Shown here: positions 1-10,805 of the stretch, in pieces | Numbering within the stretch: position 1 is the first letter of the stretch | Layout: each line of letters begins with the position of its first letter | Notes under the pieces: generated by a model | What the model saw: the letters and a program-made list of their open reading frames with translations, nothing else | The model's database searches: none | What the model was told of the DNA's origin: nothing | Source: Macrostomum lignano | Lineage: Eukaryota | DNA length: 64,000 nt | NCBI GenBank assembly: GCA_002269645.1 | Contig: NIVC01001117.1 | Span: 45,670-109,669 of the forward strand | Direction: 5' to 3' | Made by a program: the position numbers and the translations under genes

Positions 1-290
1 CCTCACTATCTAGACTGCAATCCGCCCTTCTGACCCTCACTATCTAGACTGAAATCCGTTCTTCTGACCCTCACTATCTAGACTGCAATCCGTCCTCCTG
101 ACCCTCACTATCTAGACTGCAATCCGCCCTTCTGACCCTCACTATCTAGACTGCAATCCGTCCTCCTGACCCTCACTATCTAGACTGCAATCCGCCCTTC
201 TGACCCTCACTATCTAGACTGAAACCCGTCCTCCTGACCCTCACTATCTAGACTGAAACCCGTCCTCCTGACCCTCACCAGACTGTAATG
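1..290. repeat. 34-bp tandem minisatellite (cctcactatctagactgcaatccgcccttctgac), truncated by window start
   Basis: About 8 near-identical units read directly. Confidence 0.95.
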
Positions 291-924
291 CCCCTTCTCT
301 GCCCAAGCTACTTGTATGCATAGTTTTTTACTTTTACCACTTCGTTCATAAATTCTACTTTGAAAAATAGCTCACACAAGTCATTGCACGCTAAAAGCTA
401 AGTTCTCGCACAAAATGTTTGTCGCGGGTAGCTTTGTCGGTCTTCTACTAGCCAATGAATAGTATTTGAGCTCCAATTTAAGAGAGAGCATTCACGACTT
501 GAAAAGCGTGACAGGATGCGAGAGCCAGACGAAAGAGGCTCAGGCTTGAGGGTTGCCGCTTTTAGAGCGAATAGAAAGTATTTTTAAATCTTCGTTCACA
601 AGCTTGGCTTCTACTGTATATTTTTGGAAGATTATTAGGTTGTAGCTGAACTTATTTCATCAGCCTCGTTGCTGCGATCAACGGATTCAAACTTGTCAAT
701 CAGTGAACTTTTAAATGTAATAAAAGTTCCTAGACTTTCTCTACTAGAGAATCTGGAAATTCTGACTGACTAGGATTCTTTTGTCAATTTCTACCATACC
801 CTTGAGCTCACTTCCTTGGGGTAATTCGCTTTGTAAAGTAATTTAGCTAGCTCTCATGTATTCTCATTCATCTGCATTTGATCACCGCACACTGTGAGTG
901 CAGGATTAGAAATCCCGAAAGAGT

Positions 925-1315
925 GATTGTGCAGGATTTATTATGTCTATAGTCAAACCTCCCCCGGAGCGTGCAGGATTGATTATGTCTATGGCCAAAC
1001 CTCCCCCGGAGCGTGCAGGATTGATTATGTCTATGGCCAAACCTCCCCCGTAGCGTGCAGGATTGATTATGTCTATGGCCAAACCTCCCCCGGAGCGTGC
1101 AGGATTGATTATGTCTATGGCCAAACCTCCCCCGGAGCGTGCAGGATTGATTATGTCTATGGCCAAACCTCCCCCGGAGCGTGCAGGATTGATTATTTCT
1201 ATGGCCAAACCTCGGGCCCGGAGCGTGCAGGATTGATTATGTCTATGGCCAAACCTCGGGCCCGGAGCGTGCAGGATTGATTATATCTATGGTTAAACCT
1301 CGGCCCCGGAGCGTG
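925..1315. repeat. 42-bp tandem minisatellite (gtgcaggattgattatgtctatggccaaacctcccccggagc)
   Basis: About 9 units; explains ORFs 906..1208 and 927..1280. Confidence 0.95.
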
Positions 1316-1319
1316 TGGG

Positions 1320-1440
1320 ATTTTTTTATTAGAGGCAGGGGGTTGTGTGCACCCTGGCGTACTTTAAGCGACATTGTCGCACAACCGGCGAGAGGCATTA
1401 CTGCCCATTCCGCCGACTCCCCTGAGAAGGCACACAAGCG
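1320..1440 (-). mobile_element. Short poly(A)-tailed retroposon (5'-truncated LINE 3' end or SINE tail), copy 1
   Basis: Reverse complement nearly identical to 15993-16115; ends in ctaataaaaaaaa. Confidence 0.75.
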
Positions 1441-1504
1441 CGCGGATACGTAAGCAGTCATACGCACAGGCAAACACTCACACAGGAGTGTACAGCGGCC
1501 CTAA

Positions 1505-1670
1505 CTTTATTTATCGTTTATCGGGGTTTGGCCCTCAAGGCCGTTAGTTGCACGAGCAGAGCCAAGCCGAGGTTCCAATTTAGCCCCAATTCAATGTGAC
1601 TGCACTTGGAATCGAGCATGGGGTCGCTGGCACATCAGAGCGCCGCGCCAGACCACTGGGCTACGACCCC
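1505..1670 (-). mobile_element. Degenerate tRNA-derived SINE
   Basis: Minus strand ggggtcgTAGCCCAGTGG (A box) ... gctcGATTCC (B-box-like); no full cloverleaf. Confidence 0.5.
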
Positions 1671-2276
1671 CTGCGTGCGGGTTTGATTTCGTCTATGGCC
1701 AAACCACCCGAGATAGTGCAGGATTGATTATGTCCATGGGTTAGCCTCATCAGACTCAGGCTCTCGCAAGGCTCTCTCTGTCTATATTATCAATGAAAAC
1801 CTTTCATTCCAGTAGTCATTTGGCCATTGGTTGTCATGTAATTAATTTACCAGTGCTAAAGCTAAATTATTCTATGATATTGTCAGCCAATAAGAATGGA
1901 TGAGAAGCCACCGGGACATTATTGAGCAGCTGAGCATTCACTCTAGCTTTTCAATTTAAGTCCTCCCAGATGCGCACAATCTCGCCAATAAATAACTCAA
2001 CGACATTCAATAGCAGAGAATTTTTCGCTAAAGAAAAAAATAGTAACAGGCCATAATAAAACTTTTGCCTGAAAGGCGATTCCAGATACCCGACAGATAG
2101 CATCTGCTATCCGCACCGCTGCCAACGGGAAGGCAAAGTCAAGCAAGTCACAATACAGACGACTCAGGCTTCACCTACACAGTATCTGGGATAAATAGAG
2201 AGAAAGTCATCCGTTCCCCCTTCAACTCCGGCTGCGATGCCAAAAGATTAATTGGCCTTGCCGTGCGACCGTCGGA

Positions 2277-2280
<4 letters not shown>

Positions 2281-2323
<43 letters not shown>
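2281..2323 (+). repeat. (GA)n microsatellite just upstream of the BAMBI-like gene
   Basis: Direct reading. Confidence 0.9.
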
Positions 2324-2325
<2 letters not shown>

Positions 2326-2411
2326 CACAGCAGCAGCAATCTATTAAAAAGCGGAGCAGCAGAGAAGGATCAGATTCAATCATTCTTAGAATTCCCAGCT
2401 GCGGAGACCCG

Positions 2412-5020
2412 ATGCCGAGACCAACCAGTTCCAGGCTGATGCACCTGCTGGCAGTGCTCATCGTCGGCTGCGGCGCCTCAGCCCTACTCTGTGAGTCCTG
2501 GAAGCTCAACCCTCAAAAAATGCCTAAAATCTCAGCTTGGGAGAAGTTGCATAGAGGACGCTGTTTCCGCTAGGTGGACTTGCAAGATTTCCCGTCGCAC
2601 AGCTCAACCAAGGCGTGAGACATACCTTCACCTCTGGCTTTACTCTGTAGAATTAAGGAACAGGATTAGAATGGTGCAGATCGCTTGGTTCCTGAGGCTG
2701 GTATGCGAGGGCGGCCAGGCGTGAGAGAGTAGGAATGTCTGCGCGGGAGGTGAGCCTATCTTTGTTAAGTCGCTGACGCCCTGTAGAGTTTGTTTTTCTG
2801 CTGAATTTTGTCACGGCGGCTGCTTCAGCACCTCTCTCAGCCCCGGCTCGCTCTCCGGCTCATGCTATTGAACAGGCTGCAGAGCAAAGTTAATGGAGAA
2901 GCTCTGGGAAAGCAGTTCAGAGAGGAGTTGAGAAGTAGGGACCGAGAGCAGTGCTCTCTTGGCTAGGGTGGGTCGGGCGGGCGGCATCCGCTTAGCGGAA
3001 GACGGCTTGGAAGGCTTGGGCTCCCTGCCTGATGCAAGCTGGCGCTCTGCGGCCGGTCTTCTTCTTTTTCTGTGTTTCTTTCTTTTGCTTCGCCTTTCTT
3101 TTTGGCTCATCTGTCTCGCTGTGCAGCACCCTCCACACTGCAGCACCCTCCTATCCTACAGCACCCTCCTATCCTACAGCACCCTCCACACTGCAGCACC
3201 CTCCTATCCTACAGCACCCTCCTATCCTACAGCACCCTCCACACTGCAGCACCCTCCTATCCTACAGCACCCTTCAATCCTACTGCACCCTTCAATCCTA
3301 CAGCACCCTTCAATCCTACGGCACCCTCCTATCCTACAGCACCCTCCTATCCTGCAGCACCCTCCTATCCTACAGCACCTTCCTATCCCCACAGCACCCT
3401 CCTATCCTACAGCACCCTCCTATCCTACAGCACCCTCCTATTCCCACAGCACCTTTCAATCATACAGCACCCTCCTATCCTACAGCACCCTCCTATCCTA
3501 CAGCACCCTCCTATCCTACAGCACCCTCCTATCCCCACAGCACCTTTCAATCATACAGCACCCTCCTATCCTACAGCACCCTCCACACTGCAGCACCCTC
3601 CTATCCTACAGCACCCTCCACACTGCAGCACCCTCCTATCCTACAGCACCCTCCTATCCTACAGCACCCTTCTATCCTACAGCACCCTCCACACTGCAGC
3701 ACCCTCCTATCCTACAGCACCCTCCTATCCTACAGCACCCTCCTATCCTACAGCACCCTCCTACGGCACCTTCCTATCCCCACAGCACCCTCCTATTCTT
3801 TTCTCGCTACTCGCTAGTAGTCAGTCTATAATTCAGCATCCTTCGCTGTATCTTCAGCAAACTCGGCAGGATTCGAACCCACGACCTGCGCCTGCACAAC
3901 CGCGGACTGCATCGGGGCGGGCACGGACATCTGCCGAGCTCCGCAGCTCTGCTACAGCCGGCTGAAGGCATTCAGCGGAGGCTCGCCAGAACCGCTTGAC
4001 AAAGGCTGCGTGCTCAGCAGCAAGGATCAGGGAGCCTGCAGTCTAGACGAGCCTGTGAAGGACTCGGAAGGGGCCTTCCTGGTCTGCTGCTCGGGCTCCT
4101 GGTGCAACAGCAAGCCGTCTGAGATAATGCCCACCCTGCCGGGCCAAGCCGGTGAGTGGCGCCTGACCAAATGCATAGCCCGACTGGTCCTTAGCTGACA
4201 GAATGCATAGCCCGACTTGTCCTTAGCTGACAGAATGCTTAGCCCGACTTGTCCTTAGCTGACAGAATGCTTAGCCCGACTGGTCCTTAGCTGACAGAAT
4301 GCTTAGCCCGACTTGTCCTTAGCTGACAGAATGCTTAGCCCGACTTGTCCTTAGCTGACAGAATGCTTAGCCCGACTTGTCCTTAGCTGACAGAATGCAT
4401 AGCCCGACTTGTCCTTAGCTGGCAGAGTGCATAGCCCGACTGGTCCTTAGCTGACAGAATGCATAACCTGGCCTGTCCTTAGCTGGCAGAATGCTCAGCT
4501 TGACTTGTCCGCCCTTCCGCCAGCCGTCTCAGGCCAAGGCCAGGCTCTGCACTCAACAGTCCCAAAGCAGATTCTGCAGCCATCTGCAACACCAGCGATG
4601 ACGTCTCCCACTGCAGCAAGCAGCAGCACCTCGGCGTCAACCACGGAGACTCTGCAGCAGCTGCGGCATCGCCGACCGATTCCGCAGTCGCCGAGAGTTG
4701 CCGACGGCAGTCTGGACGGCAGCGCGGCAATCTTGGCCACCGGACTGACCGCGGTGCTGCTGGGCATAACTGTGGCAGTCGCCGCTGCTGCCCTGCTGGT
4801 CCTGCTGGTCAGGCGTCGCCAACAAAGCCGGCGGCATCAACGACACGACCGGAGTCAGGAGGCCGAGCTGGAGGCCGCTGCCCAGCAGCTGCCGATGCCG
4901 GAGTCGCCGACTCTGTCGCAGTTGGCTCAGTTTGACCTGCACTACAGGAACAGCCTGGCTGAGCAGCTCTGCTCACCGCTGCCAGCAAGGACTCAAGCCA
5001 AGCTGGATGCGGTCTATTGA
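2412..5020 (+). CDS. BAMBI-like pseudoreceptor: signal peptide, activin/TGF-beta receptor three-finger ectodomain, Ser/Thr stalk, single TM, short kinase-less tail (289 aa)
   Basis: Exons 2412-2490, 3858-4151, 4524-5020; GT-AG, phase 1-1, total 870 nt. Ectodomain has 10 Cys: TCACTTADC..DICRAPQLCYSRL..PLDKGC..GAC..LVCCSGSWCN. TM AILATGLTAVLLGITVAVAAAALLVLLV followed by RRR. AATAAA near 5260. Orthology to BAMBI is inferred from architecture only. Confidence 0.8.
3120..3800. repeat. 18-bp minisatellite (cagcaccctcctatccta) in intron 1
   Basis: Direct reading; source of ORFs 2959, 3032, 3072. Confidence 0.95.
4175..4495. repeat. 32-bp minisatellite (gaatgcttagcccgacttgtccttagctgaca) filling intron 2
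   Basis: About 10 units. Confidence 0.95.
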
Positions 5021-5659
5021 ATCAGATTTGCCCGCCCCGTCTTAGTCTACTATTCTCCTTAGTGTAAATTAATCACAAAATAGCGTATAAAATTCAGCAA
5101 TGTTTACAAAGCTACTATAAGTAGTTTAAAAGATGCGAATTTGAAATTTTTAGCAAAAATGAACTAATTTAATCGTATGTAAATAATTTATATGCCAATA
5201 AATTGGAAATATAACGTCAACTATGTTTTCTGGTTATATCGAAATTATTGTGTTTGTTTTAATAAAGATGTTGGAAATTTACAGAAAATATCCCGTCTCG
5301 CTGATGTATTTTGAAGCTCCAGTGAAATTTGCACGAATTGAGAGTGTAGTTAAAATTTAATTGGAACGAAGAGGGTAGAGAACATCGAGAGACCTGCTTG
5401 ACCATCTCTTGAACTCATTCTGAACAATTTCTGCAGGTGCTGCATGACGCACTGTGGTGATTAAATATGCAGACCACCCTTGCTCATGCAAATTTTATCG
5501 ATTTCAATGTGTGGTGAGTGCAAATTCATTTAGATAGCAATCTGCACCAGTGTTTTGTAGCAGCCGACCAGAGCCCACTGTCTGGCACGATATTGTTGTG
5601 TCTTGTCAGAGCTGCGCGTGAATCACGTGGACACATCTCTTTAGCGTGGACAAAAGCAC

Positions 5660-6315
5660 TAAACGAGGACACAAACAATCACTAAATGAGGTCAGACACA
5701 AGCACTAAATGAGGACACAAACAAGCACTAAATGAGGACACAAGCAGGCACTAAATGAGGACAAAAAACACTATAAGCGAGGACACAAACAGGCACTAAA
5801 TGAGGGCGCAAACGCTAAGCGAAGACACAAGCAAGCCCTTAAACGAAGACAACAAACAAGTACTAAACGAAGATAACAAACAAGTACTAAACGAAGACAA
5901 CAAACAAGTACTAAACGAAGACAACAAACAAGTACTAAACGAAGACAACAAACAAGTACTAAACGAAGATAACAAACAAGTACTAAACGAAGACAACAAA
6001 CAAGTACTAAACGAAGATAACAAACAAGTACTAAACGAAGACAACAAACAAGTACTAAATGAAGACAACAAACAAGTACTAAACGAAGACAACAAACAAG
6101 TACTAAATGAAGACAACAAACAAGTACTAAACGAAGACAACAAACAAGTACTAAATGAAGACAACAAACAAGTACTAAATGAAGACAACAAACAAGTACT
6201 AAACGAAGACAACAAACAAGTACTAAATGAAGACAACAAACAAGTACTAAATGAGGACACAGACAAGTACTAAATGAGGACACAGACAAGTACTAAATAA
6301 GGACACAAACAAGCA
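5660..6315. repeat. 24-bp minisatellite (aacaaacaagtactaaacgaagac)
   Basis: Direct reading; open in three of six frames (one +, two -). Confidence 0.95.
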
Positions 6316-6739
6316 CAAATTATTATGATATTAAGCCACCAGTGTATTGCCATTGGTTCCGACTAATATATTTACAGAACACTTGCTTATGCCATTATAA
6401 TAATGCATGGAATTCCGATAAAAATTGAAACTGTGTGTACAGCCACTCGTAGAAATCGCAGATAAGAATTTTAGCAAAGAAATAACGCCAACGGAAATTA
6501 GTTCACACGGTACGCTGCTCTCAGGAAAATTTGTTAGGGCAACGAGAAGCTGACTGGGCGAGAGCAATGATGATGGGCTTAACTTCGAATACTCTTCTTC
6601 TGGGTGCCGAATAAATAACTGATTTGCTAATTTATGATCAAGTGTACGATTGCACTGCGGCTGCCGGCTGAATAAAAGGGAAGGCACTCTGGGCAGATCT
6701 CTCGCCCTTCTCAGGCTTGCTCATATTCTTGAATTGACT

Positions 6740-7320
6740 CAGAACCTGACTCAGAATCTCACTCAGAATCTCACTCGGAATCTCACTCGGAATCTCACTC
6801 AGAATCTCACTCAGAATCTCACTCGGAATCTCACTCGGAATCTCACTCGGAATCTCACTCGGAATCTCCCTCGGAATCTCACTCGGAATCTCACTCGGAA
6901 TCTCACTCGGAATCTCGCTCGGAATCTCACTCGGAATCTCACTCAAGCTCAGAAGCAAGTCTCACACCAAATCTTACTTGAAATCTCAACCCGAACCTCA
7001 ATCAGAATCTCACTTGGAATCTCACTTGGAATCTCAATCAGAATCTCAATCAGAATCTCATTCAGAAGAATCTCACTCGGAATCTCACTCGGAATCTCAC
7101 TCAAGCTCAGAAGCAAGTCTCACACCAAATGTCATGCTAAATCTCACTCCGAATCTCACTCTAAATCTCACTCCAAATCTTACTTAAAATCTCACTCCAA
7201 ATTTCACTCTAAATCTCACCTCAAATCTTACTTTAAATCTCACTCCAAATCTCACTCTAAATCTCACCTCAAATCTTACTTTAAATCACACCTCGAATCT
7301 CACTCTAAATCTCACCCCAG
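6740..7320. repeat. 12-bp minisatellite (cggaatctcact) with degenerate variants
   Basis: Direct reading. Confidence 0.9.
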
Positions 7321-10300
7321 ATTCTCCTCACAGTCCCAGTGAGAGTCACAGTCACAGCTCGGTGCCGAGGTCCGACTGCAGCGGCAGCCTGGAGTGCACC
7401 GGGCTGAGCCGCGCCCTGCTGCCCTGGGCTGACAGCGGTACATAGTCCAGGTGGCTCGCCGGTCGCCCCGCTTCCCGGCCTTCCAGCCTGACGACAGTTT
7501 CAATATCGATCGGAGATTCGAACCAACGACTCTGCCGCCGCTGCCGCTGCCGCCGTTCTCGCATCCGTTTCGAGAGCCGGTGGCCAGCATCGGCATCGAG
7601 GATGGCTTTGCTGTCGAGCAGTTGTTCGCGCTGACAGCCTCCGCTGTCGGTACGGCTGCTCCGTTGGCGGTGACGGCGGCGGCGGCGGCGGCTCTTGCGC
7701 CAGCCGGCAACGTTTGGCGCCGTCTGACGCCCAAGACAGCCGACGCCGCCGACGAGGCGCCGCTACTGCCGGTAGCTCCAACCTGGCGCCGGCTGCGGTA
7801 CGTGGCGTAGGACAGGCCGGCGGTCACCGCAACCACCGCGGCGCTGAACAAGAGGCCCGCTGTCAGGCCCGCGATCGTGTGCTTTGAGATGCCTTTGAGT
7901 ACGTGTAGAGTAGAGTAGAGTAGAATAGAGTAAAATAGAGTAGAGTAAAGTAGAGTAGAGTAGAGTAGAGTAGAGTAGAATAGAGTAGAGTAGAGTAGAG
8001 TAGATAGTGTAGAGAAGAATGGAGTAGAGTAGAGTAGGAAAGATCAGAAGGATATGAGAGGATAATGCAGAACAGACAGAAACAAGTGACTGAGTGACTG
8101 GATATTGTAAAAGTGCATTCACATTGTGCAGGAAACCAGAGAACTCACAGCCTTGCTCATCTGTTACTTCAGTTTTTCAGCAGCTGCGCACTCCGTTGCA
8201 CCTGGCGCTGGAGTGCAGGCAGAAGCTGGGCAACTTGATGCAGCTGAGCTTGGTAGAGTCTTTGCACTGATCAGCGCCTTTGCAGAGGAAGCCAGGGCAT
8301 TTTTCTGGCAGTTTTGAAACGAATATTTTTGATACGCGAGAACACGAAGTGTTCATCAGCACTTGCTCAAAGCACTCACCTGAACCTGTGTAGGCTTTTA
8401 ATGCTGCAGTGTACTTTAATTTGAATTTGATACGGCTGTCCAGGGACTTTCTGCTGACAAAGAATCTGCGGTAGGAGAAGCACAGCATATTGATGTTGTG
8501 TCCGCGATGGTGTCTCTACCGAGTTGGGTCATTTGGGACAGGGTTAGGGTAGGGACAGGAATGGGGTAGTTACTGGGGAATGAGGAGGCGCTGCAGAAAA
8601 ACTGGTGGAGGAAGGAGGGCTGCACAAAGACTAGGGAAGGAGGAGGGGCTGCACAAAGACTAGGGAAGGAGGAGAAGGGGCTGTACAAAAACTAGGGAAG
8701 GAGGAGGAAGGGCTGCACAGAGACTGGTCGGGAACGAGAGGCAGGACAAAGACAGGTGGAGGGAGGAGTGGCTGCATAAAGACTGGTGGAGGGAGGAGTG
8801 GCTGCATAAAGACTGGTGGAGGGAGGAGTGGCTGCATAAAGACTGGTGGAGGGAGGAGTGGCTGCATAAAGACTGGTGGAGGGAGGAGTGGCTGCATAAA
8901 GACTGGTGGAGGGAGGAGAGGCTGCATAAAGACAGGTGGAGGGAGGAGAGGCTGCATAAAGACAGGTGGAGGGAGGAGTGGCTGCATAAAGACTGGTGGA
9001 GGAGAGGCTGCATAAAGACAGGTGGAGGGAGGAGTGGCTGCATAAAGACAGGTGGAGGGAGGAGTGGCTGCATAAAGACTGGTGGAGGGAGAAGTGGCTG
9101 CATAAAGACTGGTGGAGGGAGAAGTGGCTGCATAAAGAATGATGGAGGGAGAAGTGGCTGCATAAAGAATGGTGGAGGGAGAAGTGGCTGCATAAAGAAT
9201 GGTGGAGGGAGGAGTGGCTGCATAAAGACTGGTGGAGGGAGGAGTGCTGCATAAAGACAGGTGGAGGGAGGAGTGGCTGCATAAAGACTGGTGGAGGGAG
9301 GAGTGGCTGCATAAAGACAGGTGGAGATAGGAGTGGCTGCATAAAGACTGGTGGAGGAGAGGCTGCATAAAGACAGGTGGAGGGAGGAGTGGCTGCATAA
9401 AGACAGGTGGAGGGAGGAGTGGCTGCATAAAGACTGGGGAACAGAGTAATGGCAGCAAAAGACTGAGAGGTTTTCATAGGTGGAAAAGTTTAGAAGCCTA
9501 CAGACCACCCACCTGACAAAGATCACGTGGCCGCTGCTAATGATGAGCTGCTCAGGCGACTCCTGCTCTCTGTTCGAGTGCTGCTGCCTACCGCAGATTC
9601 GCTCGAATGGCGGTTTAAACGCTTGAGGAAATCCGTCATAGATGGCCAGGTAAGCTGAGCTGCAACCTGCGGCTAAAATGGGTAAATGAGCACCTCATCG
9701 GCTCACTGAGTGACGGAATGCGGGGAGCGGTTCACTGAGTGAACGAAATGAAAGGTTGAACTCACACTCCTCGCCAAGCCAGACGCCGGACACAGACAGC
9801 GCCACCTGCCAACCGTGCGGCACCAGCAGCAGCCAGGCGCAGCGGACGTCGGCTCGGCTTGAGGCAGCCGGTCCAAACGATGCAGCATGCGGGATTCTGG
9901 GCGATTTGACGAGTCCGTGCCAGCCGGAATGGCTGTCCGGTCCGCAGTCTGTGGTCACCCCCGAGGCTTCGTTCTCTGCTTTGGCCAGCTCGCCTACAAA
10001 CCGTTTCAGCGGCGTTTGTGACGTCATGACTTTTTGAAAAAGCGGCGCTTAGCATTAATAGCTGTTGTGTATCTTTGTCACTAATAATGCCCCAAGGGCT
10101 ATAAAATGGGGTGGGGTCTGAGAGGGTGCCTCTGGAGGGCTATAAAATGGGGTGGGGTCTGAGAAGGTGCGTCTGGAGGGCTATAAAATGGAGTGGGGTC
10201 TGAGCCATGCCTCTGGAGGGCTATAAAATGGGTTGGGGTTTGAGATGGTGCCTCTAAAAAGCTATAAAATGGGGTGGGGTCTGAGAGGGTGCGTCTGGAG

Positions 10301-10641
10301 GGCTATAAAATGAGGTGGGGTCTGAGCCGTGCCTCTGGAGGGCTGTAAAATGGGGTGGGGTCTGAGAGGGTGCCTCTGAGAGGTCAATTAAAATTTTCTT
10401 GACTGTCTAGCGTGCAAGGTAGCAAACTCCAGACTCCCAAGCAGTGGGCGCTAATTACGAGCACTGGAATTCCTGTGCACCTGAGAGGATTCACTACCTC
10501 TGAGTCTGTCCGGCAGGCTCGAATCTCTGCTCTCAGTGCTTAACAAACAGATTGTTTACGAGCTAATGACTTTGCGAGCCGCCGGGATAGAGGGGCTGTA
10601 GTTAGGTAATGATTTGAGAGATATATCAGATTGTGCCATAG

Positions 10642-10682
<41 letters not shown>

Positions 10683-10684
10683 GC

Positions 10685-10737
<53 letters not shown>

Positions 10738-10740
10738 GGC

Positions 10741-10805
<65 letters not shown>

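Noticed and set aside
3862-3890. tRNA B-box-like caggattcgaacccacgacc
   Set aside because: Lies in the BAMBI-like coding exon (AGFEPTT); no A box or cloverleaf
5771-6289. (NEDNKQVL)n and reverse ORFs
   Set aside because: 24-bp repeat between convergent gene ends; open in several frames by periodicity
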